This document shows, one piece after another, positions 45,606 through 54,811 of a DNA stretch of 55,852 bases (the first letter of the stretch is position 1; every line of letters begins with the position of its first letter). The DNA comes from a virus (taxonomy: Duplodnaviria; Caudoviricetes). A program made the translations under genes and the position numbers. The stretch spans positions 1 to 55,852 of IMG/VR virus record IMGVR_UViG_3300037127_000017; one strand, 5' to 3'. Under the pieces are notes generated by a model. That model was not told where the DNA came from. It did not search any database and saw only the letters and a list, made by a program, of their open reading frames with translations.

Positions 45606-46667
45606 TTATCCACATCCTTGATTCCATACCAGCATAATATTTTTATTAATATGCTCTGCATTTTTACATTGCTTTTTTTCGTATCCTAGCGACTGAAATA
45701 AAGGCATATTATACACAGGGTTAATATAGCCCGTTTTAAAATGAAAGTCGTCATATGGTGTATTTTTATCGATTTTTTCGGTATCTGTAAAAGCATACCT
45801 GTAATAACTATGTAATACATCATCTCTGTGTTTTATAGGGAAATATTTAGCATTTCCCCTATACGTTTCTAGTATTTTATCAAGCTTCTTAAGTTGTTCT
45901 ATTGCCACAACTGCTTGCATTTCAGTCATTCTGAGATTAAGACCAAGTGCTCTTTCATACCCTTTTATGCTAAATCCTTGTGATTGCATATCATTTACCA
46001 CTGCTTCTGCATGATTCATAACTAACCTTGCTTTGAATGCAGTTTCGCTGTTATCTGTTAATATTACCCCGCCTTCTCCTGTTGTTATATGTTTATGTGT
46101 ATTAAATGATAAAATCCCAACATCTCCAAGCGTTCCAGCAAATTTATTTTTATACTTTGCTCCTATTGCCTGTGCTGCATCTTCTATTACAACAATATTA
46201 TTTTCTTTTGCTATTTTATTGATTCTTTCGACATCATAGGTATGTCCAAATAAATCAACAACAATAATTGCTTTTGTATGTTTTGTTATTTTCTTTTCTA
46301 TATCATCTGCTGATAGACAAAAATAATCTTCTTCGATATCAGCAAAAACTGGTGTGTATCCTGCCCATATAGGTATGCTGGCACTGCAAGTCATGGAATA
46401 TGGCGTTACTATTACTTCACGATGTTCTTTTTCAAAATTAAATTCACACGTTGCCACTAACGCTATCAATAACGCTGATGTTGCGCTGTTACAACATATA
46501 GCATAATTAGAATTGAATTTATCTGATATTTTCTTTTCCAATTCTTTTATGTTCTCACCGCCCTGAAATCCTGCGGAATAATTCCCCATATAGCCAGAGA
46601 GCCCAAATATACCCTTTTTAAATAATTTTTTCATTTCTATAATTTCTGTATCAAATTTATTTAACAT
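45606..46667 (-). CDS. DegT/DnrJ/EryC1/StrS PLP sugar aminotransferase (PseC/LegC-like)
   Basis: NSATSAL, IEDAAQAIGA, SFNTHKHITTGEGG, GLNLRMTEMQA. Confidence 0.92.
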   Translation of the reverse strand: MLNKFDTEIIEMKKLFKKGIFGLSGYMGNYSAGFQGGENIKELEKKISDKFNSNYAICCNSATSALLIALVATCEFNFEKEHREVIVTPYSMTCSASIPIWAGYTPVFADIEEDYFCLSADDIEKKITKHTKAIIVVDLFGHTYDVERINKIAKENNIVVIEDAAQAIGAKYKNKFAGTLGDVGILSFNTHKHITTGEGGVILTDNSETAFKARLVMNHAEAVVNDMQSQGFSIKGYERALGLNLRMTEMQAVVAIEQLKKLDKILETYRGNAKYFPIKHRDDVLHSYYRYAFTDTEKIDKNTPYDDFHFKTGYINPVYNMPLFQSLGYEKKQCKNAEHINKNIMLVWNQGCG

Positions 46668-46786
46668 TTTATCAATCCTTTTTTTGCAATTAAAAAGACT
46701 GCCCTGGGGGACAGTCCTCTTATATACATCTTTTCTTTTCTAATATACTATGAGCTTTCACTTATTATTATATCATACTTTTTAAA

Positions 46787-47665
46787 TTAATCAAGCTCAT
46801 CTTCAAGAAATAATTTCAAGTATGAAACTGGCGTCATAAATATGTTTCCATTGTTGCCAGGCTCTACTTTGTCGAATATGCCAACTAGTTCACCATATGG
46901 ATTATATACAGGTCCACCAATTGATAAGTTTATTCCATCTTCACCTTGTTCCCCTATATCTCCATTTAACCTGTTGTCTGTGTCGTTGTTAAGAAGGCTG
47001 TATAATACTCCATTTGAACTATATTCATAATTAATTTTCTTTATTTCTCCATCACTTATTTGATTAGCTACCAGTAGCTCATTGCCAGGTGTTTCTGTTG
47101 ATGTTATCAATGTTGTTTTGCTGTATTTCTTTGCATTTTTATCTGCAAGTTTAACAACAAATTTATTTTCATGTCCTTTTGTGTCTACCATTGCACAAAG
47201 CCTGTTTTTATTTCCTCTGAAATTGATGATATCTATATCATCGTCATTCCAGAGATATGCTTTTAATTTACCAGGCCCTAAATCTCTTGATCTTTTCATT
47301 ACTTCCCAATTTGTAGCTATTTTGCTTGGCCTGACAAAGAAGCCATTGCCTAAGGCTATTTCTTCTCCTTCGATAACCTTATAAATTCTTACACTTGCTT
47401 TTTTCAAACTTTCCATATTTCCATAATTATTTGCACCGAATGTTGCTATTTTGTTCTTTCCGTCCCAATTTACAGTAAATCCAAATTTCTCAAGTAAGAA
47501 TCTTAATGGTGCATATGTAGAGCCATCAACATTTATCATTTTATCGCTTATGTCTTGTTCTCCTAAAACACTTTTATATGTACAATCTTCCCATGTTCCT
47601 GCTGCTATTGCTATTCCGCTTATTGCAAAAATTAATACTAAGCTTAATATTAATACTTTTTTCAT
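46787..47665 (-). CDS. Secreted protein: copper-amine-oxidase N-terminal (stalk) domain plus degenerate trypsin-like domain
   Basis: Signal peptide; DGSTYAPLRFLLEKFGFTVNWD; GNGFFV...IATNWEV; SIGGPVYNPYGELVGI. Confidence 0.7.
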   Translation of the reverse strand: MKKVLILSLVLIFAISGIAIAAGTWEDCTYKSVLGEQDISDKMINVDGSTYAPLRFLLEKFGFTVNWDGKNKIATFGANNYGNMESLKKASVRIYKVIEGEEIALGNGFFVRPSKIATNWEVMKRSRDLGPGKLKAYLWNDDDIDIINFRGNKNRLCAMVDTKGHENKFVVKLADKNAKKYSKTTLITSTETPGNELLVANQISDGEIKKINYEYSSNGVLYSLLNNDTDNRLNGDIGEQGEDGINLSIGGPVYNPYGELVGIFDKVEPGNNGNIFMTPVSYLKLFLEDELD

Positions 47666-47733
47666 TTGTTTTCCTCCTAAAAAATTATAATTTTAAGGTA
47701 ATCTGTAGGAGGATATAATATCATATATGTTTA

Positions 47734-48576
47734 TTATTGTCTATATATGAGTGTATTAATTAAGGCTTGTTTTGCATCTTCTGCTGTGCATAGCAATTCC
47801 TCGTTATTTTCGAGGAAATTATATGCATTTTCTATAACTCCATACATTGCTGTATCAAACATTGAATCGACTTCATCTTTAAATTTTCTTTCTTCTTTCC
47901 AGTGATAATTTTCCCAAAAAATTTCTATCTCAAATACTCTATAATTGCATTTAATAAAATCAATGACTATAGTTTTCTTAATCCATGCATCATTTCCAAA
48001 CAAATAATTTAAGGTATCAGCTATATGTGAAAACGTGTGTATTAATCCTCTATTGTATTTGACTGTTATGCCGACTAATTTTCCAAATTTTTTTTCATCT
48101 ATGTTTTTCTTTAAATCTTTATATTCTTGAATAAATCTGCGAGTATAATTTACCAACAAAGGTATTTTTGCTTTCTTGTACAGCTTTATTATTTCTTTTA
48201 TTTGTTCTGTAGTTTCACATAAGGGCTTTTCACAAATCACTAATTTAGCTTTTATATCATATTTTATTATATCCTTTAAATTCTGATAATGCATATCATC
48301 TGATGTTGCTATTATTATTATATCCATTTTCTTATTACTAAAAGCCTTTAGACTTTCGCTTATTTGCCATTCATCAGACAATATATTATCTTTTAGCGAT
48401 ATGTCTATTGCTTTTATCGCTTTTGTGATATCCTTATCTACAAATCCTATTATTTCAAAGCCCTTATGTTCTTTTAAAGCTTTATAAAAAGATATTATTT
48501 TATTTTCATTCCCACTTCCATTTTTATCGGCTAGTATAGATTGATTTCCTGCACCTACAATCAATACTTTTTTCAT
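47734..48576 (-). CDS. Gfo/Idh/MocA NAD-dependent oxidoreductase
   Basis: LIVGAG, IIIATSDDMHY, VICEKP, VNYTRRF. Confidence 0.9.
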   Translation of the reverse strand: MKKVLIVGAGNQSILADKNGSGNENKIISFYKALKEHKGFEIIGFVDKDITKAIKAIDISLKDNILSDEWQISESLKAFSNKKMDIIIIATSDDMHYQNLKDIIKYDIKAKLVICEKPLCETTEQIKEIIKLYKKAKIPLLVNYTRRFIQEYKDLKKNIDEKKFGKLVGITVKYNRGLIHTFSHIADTLNYLFGNDAWIKKTIVIDFIKCNYRVFEIEIFWENYHWKEERKFKDEVDSMFDTAMYGVIENAYNFLENNEELLCTAEDAKQALINTLIYRQ

Positions 48577-49529
48577 TATTTTTTTGCCTCTTCCCTTTCA
48601 ATTTCCCTCATCAATTCTTTGTCTTCTGATCTGTGTATCTTTAAATAATCTATGTATCCAGGTTTAATTTTAAATATTTCTTTGATTGTCTTTCCTTTCA
48701 TTTTTCCAAAATTTAGTTTATATGGTTTTTTGATTTTATCTTTATTCTTTTCTTTCCATACTCTTAGCTCATCAAAGTAATCTTTCCTAGATATTTCTTG
48801 AACTTTTGTGTAAAAATGCGGGTATGTTCTTAGTGCATTGACAACATCATATGGAGCTAATTCAACTCTGTATTCAAAAGAATAATCTATAAGAGTTCTT
48901 ATTAATTCTAAATCTTCTTCTGTATCTAAAGTAACTGAATATTCGTCACCTCGTTCGTGTTGTTCAGCATCAACGTTATTAACTTTGTAATTTTCACTAC
49001 CTTTTGGATTTAAGTACATCCAAGTTGCAACGTGTTCTCTGTCTACTTCATTATCTACTTCCATATCAACCTTTTTAAGCGTTTCCATATTATATATTCT
49101 TACGTCATATCCTTGTGGGTAGCTTCTTGGATATACATTAGTTGTTATAGTATTGCTGGAATCTTCTAATTTTAAATGCGATTCTATACATTTATCAAGT
49201 ACATTCCAATGTTGAAGAGGACAATCAGCTGTCAATTCGACGATTATATCTGCTTTATATTCTTTTGCACAATCTAAAACCCTTTGTAATACATCGTTTT
49301 CTTCGCCTTTAAATGTTTCTATCCCTGCTTTTTTGCAGATTTTTAGTATGCTGTCATTTTCTTCTTTGTCTGGCACTGCAACAACAACTTCATTGATAAA
49401 TTTAGATATTTTAATTCGATCTACCATGTACTGTATAGCATATTTACCGCCTAAATCTACTATTCCTTTGTCTGGAAGTCTGCTACTTCCATTTCTACAT
49501 TGTATTATTGCTACTATATTTTTACCCAT
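48576..49529 (-). CDS. SpsF/PseF-like cytidylyltransferase with C-terminal FGKxKG mini-domain
   Basis: AIIQCRNGSSRLPDK, GEENDVLQR, TADCPL, YPQG, REHV, TLDTEED. Confidence 0.88.
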   Translation of the reverse strand: MGKNIVAIIQCRNGSSRLPDKGIVDLGGKYAIQYMVDRIKISKFINEVVVAVPDKEENDSILKICKKAGIETFKGEENDVLQRVLDCAKEYKADIIVELTADCPLQHWNVLDKCIESHLKLEDSSNTITTNVYPRSYPQGYDVRIYNMETLKKVDMEVDNEVDREHVATWMYLNPKGSENYKVNNVDAEQHERGDEYSVTLDTEEDLELIRTLIDYSFEYRVELAPYDVVNALRTYPHFYTKVQEISRKDYFDELRVWKEKNKDKIKKPYKLNFGKMKGKTIKEIFKIKPGYIDYLKIHRSEDKELMREIEREEAKK

Positions 49530-50728
49530 TACAATATCCTCTCCTTATTTTCTTGTATGAATTCATCATATATTTTCTTGTATTCTTCTTTTTGCTTTAT
49601 CCATGGATTATCCATCCATTCATTGTATTTGAAATGACTTTCTTCTCCATATTCTGCCCATTCTTTTATTGTTTTTGGTCTTTTCCAGCCTTCTGCTTCT
49701 GCTTCAATTGCCATCTGTGTATTTGGAAGTGGCATAAAAAATGTTGTAGATAATTTTAAGTTTTTATTGATTTTTAACATTTTTTTGTAATATGATATTG
49801 TTTCTTTTAAATCTTGTATGGTTTCACCAGGCACACCAAATATAGCACCAGAAGCGACATCTATATTATAATTACTTAATTTCTTTATGCAATTTTGGTA
49901 TACTTTTAAATTATCTTTCATTTTATTCATTCTTTTTGCTATTTTGTCGCTTCCAGTTTCTAGACCTATTGTTAATTGTTTTAATCCTTTTTTCATTATT
50001 TGATTTAAATCTTTTTTATGCATTCTTAATATCTCATCAGCTCTAGCATCTGCTATCCATTCTAAATTATGTTTATTTAAAATATCAGCTATATCATTCG
50101 CCCTATGTCCCCTTGTAAACATTGTAGCATCAAATATCACACATTCCTTAAAATCATACTTTTTCATCAAATTATTTATATCAGCCTCAACAATATTTAT
50201 CGGTATTTCTTTCCATTTTCTTTTTTTTATATTTGCGCAAAAAGTGCAATTGCCTGGACAACCGTATGATGTTATATACATAAATCGTTTTTTTGGTGAA
50301 ATATATTTATTTAATTGCACCAAATCCCAATTTATTTCTACATGATTCCACGCTTCCCCTTCATAATATCCAGTTATTTTTTTTATATGTTTCGGGAAAA
50401 CTCCGCCATCATTCAAAAATGATTCTACAAAAGGCCCTCCCCATGTGATTTTTGCTTTTTTATTTTTGTCTAAAATATAATCAGTTAAATCATTGGCTCT
50501 TGTGACTTGGTAGCCTGCGTATACAGAAAAATAAAACTCTTGTTCACCTGAATTATACATATTTATTTCCCTGTATACGTCTTCAACTACCCTTTCATCT
50601 ATTATATCAAAAAAATTGTCCGTTGTTTTTTCAATGAGAGAACCCACTTTCAATAACGAAAATGGGTAATAGTGATAATCTTTATTTGGTTCAAGTTGCG
50701 GATATACCCCAACTATTATTTTGCTCAT
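49529..50728 (-). CDS. B12-binding radical SAM enzyme (class B methyltransferase-like)
   Basis: ITWGGP, TSYGCPGNCTFC, IGLETGS, FGVPGET, FMPLPNT. Confidence 0.88.
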   Translation of the reverse strand: MSKIIVGVYPQLEPNKDYHYYPFSLLKVGSLIEKTTDNFFDIIDERVVEDVYREINMYNSGEQEFYFSVYAGYQVTRANDLTDYILDKNKKAKITWGGPFVESFLNDGGVFPKHIKKITGYYEGEAWNHVEINWDLVQLNKYISPKKRFMYITSYGCPGNCTFCANIKKRKWKEIPINIVEADINNLMKKYDFKECVIFDATMFTRGHRANDIADILNKHNLEWIADARADEILRMHKKDLNQIMKKGLKQLTIGLETGSDKIAKRMNKMKDNLKVYQNCIKKLSNYNIDVASGAIFGVPGETIQDLKETISYYKKMLKINKNLKLSTTFFMPLPNTQMAIEAEAEGWKRPKTIKEWAEYGEESHFKYNEWMDNPWIKQKEEYKKIYDEFIQENKERIL

Positions 50729-51578
50729 AATTTCTTAACCTCTTTTCAAACACATCATTCATATATTTTTTGTTTAAAAACACTTCTCCCCTAATATGTG
50801 GTGATATGAATCCACCAAATGACCTCTTAAACTTCGATATATTGAGGTCTTTTTCGCTTGGATTATGATATAAGTTATTATAAGATTGTTCCCCTAATAT
50901 GTAGTATTTTATGCCTCTAAGCTTTAATTCGTGAATTGTGTGATGCTGGAATAAATACCCTATATTACTTTTATGTTTTTGACAAGACATGCCATAATAT
51001 GCCTGATTTTCGTATATATATACTAAATTATAAGCTTTTTCGCTCATAAATAGTATTGCATTTCCTCTTATAATGAAATATGATATTATATCAAATAATT
51101 TAGGAGGTCTGACAATTTTACCTGCTACATCAAAATAACATTCCTTGAATTTTTGAACACAATATCTTATCTTTTTTTCATCAATTGTTGAATCAATTAA
51201 GCAATAAGTATTTTCCTTTTGAGCTTTATTAATACAATATTTTGTGCCTTTTTTCAGCTTAGAAAACTTGAATTCATCAATATTGATAACTTGGTTATAT
51301 GTTACAATAGGCAAAAATCCATAATGTTTCACCAAGTTATGATTATTTATGTTTAGCTTCTTAATCTTTTGCTGAATATATAAGTTCTTGAGGTATATCT
51401 TTAGTTTTATTTCAAATTCCTTATCAAATTTTTCTATGTTTGTATATATATTAATTTCTTGTCCTGGAACACACTCAATACTTACATCTCCAAATTGAGA
51501 ATATATATTTGTGTTGCTAAATTTGCTGTTTTTTATGTATTCTTGCCAGTATCTTGTATTAAATAATTTAAAATCCAT
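50691..51578 (-). CDS. FemAB / GNAT-fold acyl or aminoacyl transferase-like protein
   Basis: K.KKGTKYCINKA, AYYG, YLFQHHTI.ELK.RGIKYYILG, ISKFKRSFGG. Confidence 0.7.
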   Translation of the reverse strand: MDFKLFNTRYWQEYIKNSKFSNTNIYSQFGDVSIECVPGQEINIYTNIEKFDKEFEIKLKIYLKNLYIQQKIKKLNINNHNLVKHYGFLPIVTYNQVINIDEFKFSKLKKGTKYCINKAQKENTYCLIDSTIDEKKIRYCVQKFKECYFDVAGKIVRPPKLFDIISYFIIRGNAILFMSEKAYNLVYIYENQAYYGMSCQKHKSNIGYLFQHHTIHELKLRGIKYYILGEQSYNNLYHNPSEKDLNISKFKRSFGGFISPHIRGEVFLNKKYMNDVFEKRLRNYEQNNSWGISAT

Positions 51579-51854
51579 TTCAGCTCCTTTTTAAAAAATT
51601 AAACTCCCTATTTAGGGAGCCTAATTTAAATCGTATAAAAAAAATTTCTTTAGCTATATATATTCTAACATTTTTTTGACTGAAATAATAGAGAAAAAGC
51701 ATAAAATTTTATGCTTTTTCTCTGCCAAACACTAAAAATAAATAAAAAATCTCTCCAAAAGGAACTTGTTATTATTACAATTCTAATTATATTACATCAT
51801 TATTCGAATTACAATACATTTTTATATATTTTTATATATTTTTATTTATTACTA

Positions 51855-51890
51855 TTGACTTTTATATTATACTGTAGTATAATATAGTTA
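51855..51890 (+). promoter_or_regulatory. sigmaA promoter with palindromic operator (copy 1)
   Basis: TTGACT-17 nt-TATAAT; palindrome TATATTATACT-GT-AGTATAATATA. Confidence 0.85.
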
Positions 51891-51927
51891 GAGGTTAACG
51901 AAAAACAAATTTCAAAGGAGCGATATT

Positions 51928-52062
51928 ATGTCAAGCACTAACAATGAAATTAAGAATTTAGATCAAAGGGATATCGATAGGCTAATAAAAGAGATAAGAA
52001 GTAATACACTTAGAAAAGAATTTGTAAAGAAAATATTTGAAGCAATAAAGGGGGAAAAATAG
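51928..52062 (+). CDS. Small hypothetical protein (44 aa)
   Basis: AAGGAG RBS downstream of a strong promoter. Confidence 0.6.
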   Translation: MSSTNNEIKNLDQRDIDRLIKEIRSNTLRKEFVKKIFEAIKGEK

Positions 52063-52191
52063 ATGGAATTAGAATATGTATGTTTTGATTGTCTGCACGA
52101 ATGGGAAACATCTGAACAATACCCAGTTTGTCCAGAATGTGGGCAAAACGAAGAAATTGGGATATTAACAACTGAAATAATGATGGATTAA
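52063..52191 (+). CDS. Small acidic zinc-ribbon protein (42 aa)
   Basis: YVCFDCLHEW...VCPECG. Confidence 0.65.
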   Translation: MELEYVCFDCLHEWETSEQYPVCPECGQNEEIGILTTEIMMD

Positions 52192-52192
52192 T

Positions 52193-52219
52193 AAAATAGA
52201 GGGGAATCCCCTCTATTTT
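52193..52219. terminator. Bidirectional intrinsic terminator
   Basis: AAAATAGAGGGG-AAT-CCCCTCTATTTT. Confidence 0.8.
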
Positions 52220-52680
52220 ATTATTATCACATCTTTATACTTTTCTAAAATTTTCTGATCTATTAAAAAAACCCTGTGTGTATCTGTTTTCATTTTTTTT
52301 GCTACTTCCTTATTATATCCACTTTCCCCTTGTTGTAAATTTAAATATTTGAAATTACATACTAATTTTTCCTCTGGAGTTAGATATTCATTCAGAAAAT
52401 TTTCAATATTATATTTTAAATTGATTAATTTTAATACTTCTTCTTGTATTTCCGTTATTTTCTCTAAATATTTCAAAATAACTTCTTCTGTAGGATTGCT
52501 TGTCTGATTTGTAGGAGCTGTATATATATCTTTTAATTTTGCTTGAGTTCTTTCATAACCTCCTAAATTAAGCAGCTCCATTGTTTCTTTAAGTGTATCT
52601 TTATGTCTTTTAATTTCTTGTTTTAAAAATGGATATCTTTTCAGCATTTTCCTAATACTTGCCTTTTCTTTTTTATTCAT
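52213..52680 (-). CDS. RinA/ArpU-like late transcriptional activator
   Basis: LKRYP, TSNPTE, IENFL..LTPEEK.V...KY, C-terminal HTH; position at end of the early operon. Confidence 0.7.
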   Translation of the reverse strand: MNKKEKASIRKMLKRYPFLKQEIKRHKDTLKETMELLNLGGYERTQAKLKDIYTAPTNQTSNPTEEVILKYLEKITEIQEEVLKLINLKYNIENFLNEYLTPEEKLVCNFKYLNLQQGESGYNKEVAKKMKTDTHRVFLIDQKILEKYKDVIIIK

Positions 52681-52682
52681 GC

Positions 52683-52955
52683 TTACCTCCTTGTTTTATA
52701 CAAATATGTATTCATCGGTTGTTTCCTAAAGCTATATTTTTTGTTTTTGTGGTCTGGAAACATTTCCTCAAAATCACAATTTAAAAATTCAGCTATTTTT
52801 TTGGCATGTTCAAATTTTATTGATGTAGAAGTTATTGACAATATTTGATATATCGTTCCATATGGTATGTCTACAGCCTTGGCAAGTTGTGACTTAGTTA
52901 TTTGGTTTAATTCTAAATAATAATTTATTTTATTATTCTTTAAACTTATTCGCAT
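52683..52955 (-). CDS. XRE/Cro-like HTH regulator
   Basis: ITKSQLAKAVDIPYGTIYQI...AKKIAEFLNCDFEEMF. Confidence 0.85.
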   Translation of the reverse strand: MRISLKNNKINYYLELNQITKSQLAKAVDIPYGTIYQILSITSTSIKFEHAKKIAEFLNCDFEEMFPDHKNKKYSFRKQPMNTYLYKTRR

Positions 52956-52957
52956 TT

Positions 52958-53407
52958 TTATTCCCCCGATTCTATATTTATATTATTTAAAAAGTAAGCT
53001 CCTAAGCTGATTGCATCAGCTATATTATCATCTGTTATTTTTATATTATAATCTTTTTCTATTCTATTTATTGTCGCTTCTTTTTTCTCTCTCCCCTTAT
53101 GCTGACTTGGAGCTATCACATGATACAACATCTTCATTTCTTCTAACTTAAATGTTATTGCATGTCTTAGTCCAGCAAGTTTTCTTGATGTTGCTCCATT
53201 TCTTATAGCCAGACTTTCCTCTAGACATACAATTTCTATATCTTCAAGTTTAATAATCTGTTCTATTTCTTTTACAATTGTATATATTCTAGTTTCTAAA
53301 ATGTTTTTAGGAAATGTTTTTATTGTGTAATAATCCAATAATTTTTTATTTTGAAATATAGCTATCCCTGTACATGACAGGGATTGATCAATGGCTAAAA
53401 GTTTCAT
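52958..53407 (-). CDS. RuvC-like Holliday junction resolvase
   Basis: LAIDQSLSCTG, VCLEE, PSQHK, DDNIADAI. Confidence 0.85.
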   Translation of the reverse strand: MKLLAIDQSLSCTGIAIFQNKKLLDYYTIKTFPKNILETRIYTIVKEIEQIIKLEDIEIVCLEESLAIRNGATSRKLAGLRHAITFKLEEMKMLYHVIAPSQHKGREKKEATINRIEKDYNIKITDDNIADAISLGAYFLNNINIESGE

Positions 53408-54009
53408 TTACTATCACCAGCTTTTTTTTGCAATAACAATATAAGCTCATCATATTGCTTTGAATTTAAATCTTCTTTCTTTTTTATAGAGAACTTTTTC
53501 TCTATAAATTTCAATATATCTTCTTCTTTAGCATTTACTGATTGACTTATAGCAAACAGCCTTTTTAATTGTGCTTCTGTTACTTTTTTTGTTTTATTTT
53601 TTGATTGTTTTTCTGAATAATTATCACTATCACTATCTTTTGTATCGTCGATTAACAGTAGACCATTTAGGGCATATTTTCTTGCATAACTTGAAGCTGC
53701 TCCAGTGACTTGTGAGTCGTCCATTCCTTTTTTTGTTAATGGTTCTCTGGCATATGCTGTTGTCTCTTCAATAATCTCTCCATTTTCACTATCTTTTATC
53801 TTAGCTGTAGCAACAATATAATATCTTTCTCCGATAACTTCCATCTTATCTGAGACAATTATAGTTGCCTTAACTTCTTGCAATAATGGCTTAACTGCTT
53901 TTAGTATGTCTTCGCAGTTTCTATATTTGTATTTTCCAAAGTTATTAAATTGTGTTTTAGGAGCGTTTAATTTTCCTTGCACGAACAAAAGTTTTTGATA
54001 TCCACTCAT
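53404..54009 (-). CDS. erf: ERF-family ssDNA-annealing recombinase
   Basis: APKTQFNNFGKYKYRNCEDIL, KGMDDSQVTGAASSYARKYALNGL. Confidence 0.93.
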   Translation of the reverse strand: MSGYQKLLFVQGKLNAPKTQFNNFGKYKYRNCEDILKAVKPLLQEVKATIIVSDKMEVIGERYYIVATAKIKDSENGEIIEETTAYAREPLTKKGMDDSQVTGAASSYARKYALNGLLLIDDTKDSDSDNYSEKQSKNKTKKVTEAQLKRLFAISQSVNAKEEDILKFIEKKFSIKKKEDLNSKQYDELILLLQKKAGDSK

Positions 54010-54052
54010 TTGTAGACCCCCTATATAAATTTATTTAGTTACTCCCCCAATA

Positions 54053-54433
54053 TTAATAAAACAATTTCCCAAAATCTTCTCTGTCTTCTTCCTCATAAAA
54101 GCTTCTCAGAATATCTTTAAATGAATATTCCTCTCCCCTTGAGCTTTTATATTCTGTTTCTTCTTGTAGAAACTTTTCCCAACATTCATCGCAAATCACT
54201 TTTCCTGCGATGAAATCATTTTTCAATGTTGTTTTGCCACATTCATGGCAAGGATAAAACAAACCTGCATATTCAGCAAATACCTCTTTCATTTTTTTAA
54301 GTGAAATTGTTTTATCTGTAAAAAGTTTTACCGCTTCCAGTAGTGCTTTATCCACTACTTTTTTGTATTCATCAAATGTAAATTTTTCTTGACGTGAAAC
54401 GACCAATGTGTTAGAATCTCCTTGTCGGAACAT
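54053..54433 (-). CDS. Hypothetical zinc-finger protein
   Basis: CHECG...ICDECW; GGGAGG RBS. Confidence 0.65.
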   Translation of the reverse strand: MFRQGDSNTLVVSRQEKFTFDEYKKVVDKALLEAVKLFTDKTISLKKMKEVFAEYAGLFYPCHECGKTTLKNDFIAGKVICDECWEKFLQEETEYKSSRGEEYSFKDILRSFYEEEDREDFGKLFY

Positions 54434-54495
54434 ACGTGTTCCCTCCCTTCTATAGCTATAGGAATCTTGTGTATAGAGGCTTTAATTAGCCTCTT

Positions 54496-54717
54496 TTAAA
54501 TTGTAATTAGCTGATTAATTGTTTCCTTGTTAGATGTGTAAAATAAGAACCCTACTAATGCAATTCCTACAATTGAAATTGCTATAATTGTTTTTTTAGT
54601 AGCAGGCTTTGAATCATTGTATTTTTGTAATAAAAATTTTCCTATTAATGCTAATCCTAAACTTTTTAAAACAAGCTCTATGACGTTATTATACCACATT
54701 TCTTTTAATAAATCCAT
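54496..54717 (-). CDS. Small membrane protein
   Basis: AAGGAG RBS; two hydrophobic segments; first gene after promoter copy 2. Confidence 0.65.
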   Translation of the reverse strand: MDLLKEMWYNNVIELVLKSLGLALIGKFLLQKYNDSKPATKKTIIAISIVGIALVGFLFYTSNKETINQLITI

Positions 54718-54775
54718 GTAAAACCACTCCTTTTATGATTTTTTAGATTTAAAAAATTTGTTTTTCCTCATCTCT

Positions 54776-54811
54776 TAACTATATTATACTACAGTATAAT
54801 ATAAAAGTCAA
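54776..54811 (-). promoter_or_regulatory. sigmaA promoter with palindromic operator (copy 2; identical 36 bp, inverted)
   Basis: Reverse complement of 51855-51890. Confidence 0.85.
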
